A stretch of DNA of 64,000 nucleotides from Octopus sinensis (Eukaryota). Made by a program: the position numbers and the translations under genes. Below, in pieces: positions 63,628 to 64,000 of the stretch (within the stretch, counting starts at the first letter, position 1; each line of letters starts with the position of its first letter). The stretch is taken from positions 71,672,001 to 71,736,000 of the forward strand of contig NC_043006.1 of assembly GCF_006345805.1 (NCBI RefSeq). The letters run 5' to 3'. A model generated the notes under the pieces. It was not told the origin of the DNA and did not search any database. It saw only the letters and a list, made by a program, of their open reading frames with translations.

Positions 63628-64000
63628 AATATTGTTCTATAATGTTAATAATAATAAAAACAGCAGCAGCAATGTTTTCTTTAATGGATTTTATGTTTTT
63701 ATTTTATGTCATTTTTAGTATTTATTTTTTTGTTAGTTGTGGTTGGCTAGGCCTGATTGAACAGCTCTTTATCCAAGATGTTATGCTTCAGTTAAATCCA
63801 GTTTGTACATGGTACCAACTGGATTTAATTGGAACTACTGAACTCTGTGGTTCATGTTAGAAATGGCATCTGACTCATCTCGAAGGGTAGTAAAAACTGA
63901 TTTGAATCCTGATGATTCCTCCAACTCATGCCAGCATCAAAAACAAGATGTGAATGTCAATGACAGCGATGGTGATGTCTGTTTCCTCTGTGATGACCAA

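Overview
Eukaryotic, AT-rich, repeat-dense genomic DNA, most likely an octopus (inferred from its repeat families and microsatellite load). Two intron-rich housekeeping genes lie head-to-head. On the minus strand is elongation factor 1-beta (EEF1B2-like): 5 coding exons from 13118 down to 1471, with the last exon not found and probably left of the window. On the plus strand is the complex I 75-kDa subunit NDUFS1: 18 coding exons traced from 27828 to 62963, plus one frame-required exon that is absent and probably falls in the 100-N gap at 43408-43507. Most listed ORFs are spurious (microsatellites, retroelement tails). Main surprises: (1) a tRNA-headed SINE-like element carrying a Penelope-type minimal hammerhead ribozyme core (7960-8192); (2) a tandemly duplicated cluster of three H/ACA snoRNA-like paralogs in EEF1B intron 1, whose 5' pocket fits a conserved 18S pseudouridylation site; (3) a ~99% identical 643-bp copy of an NDUFS1 Fe-S-ligand exon with its flanks sitting antisense inside EEF1B intron 2; (4) the same EEF1B2/NDUFS1 head-to-head pairing as in human; (5) several long fold-back palindromes and retroelement-derived minisatellites. 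Repeat coordinates are approximate; exon coordinates were read from splice junctions.
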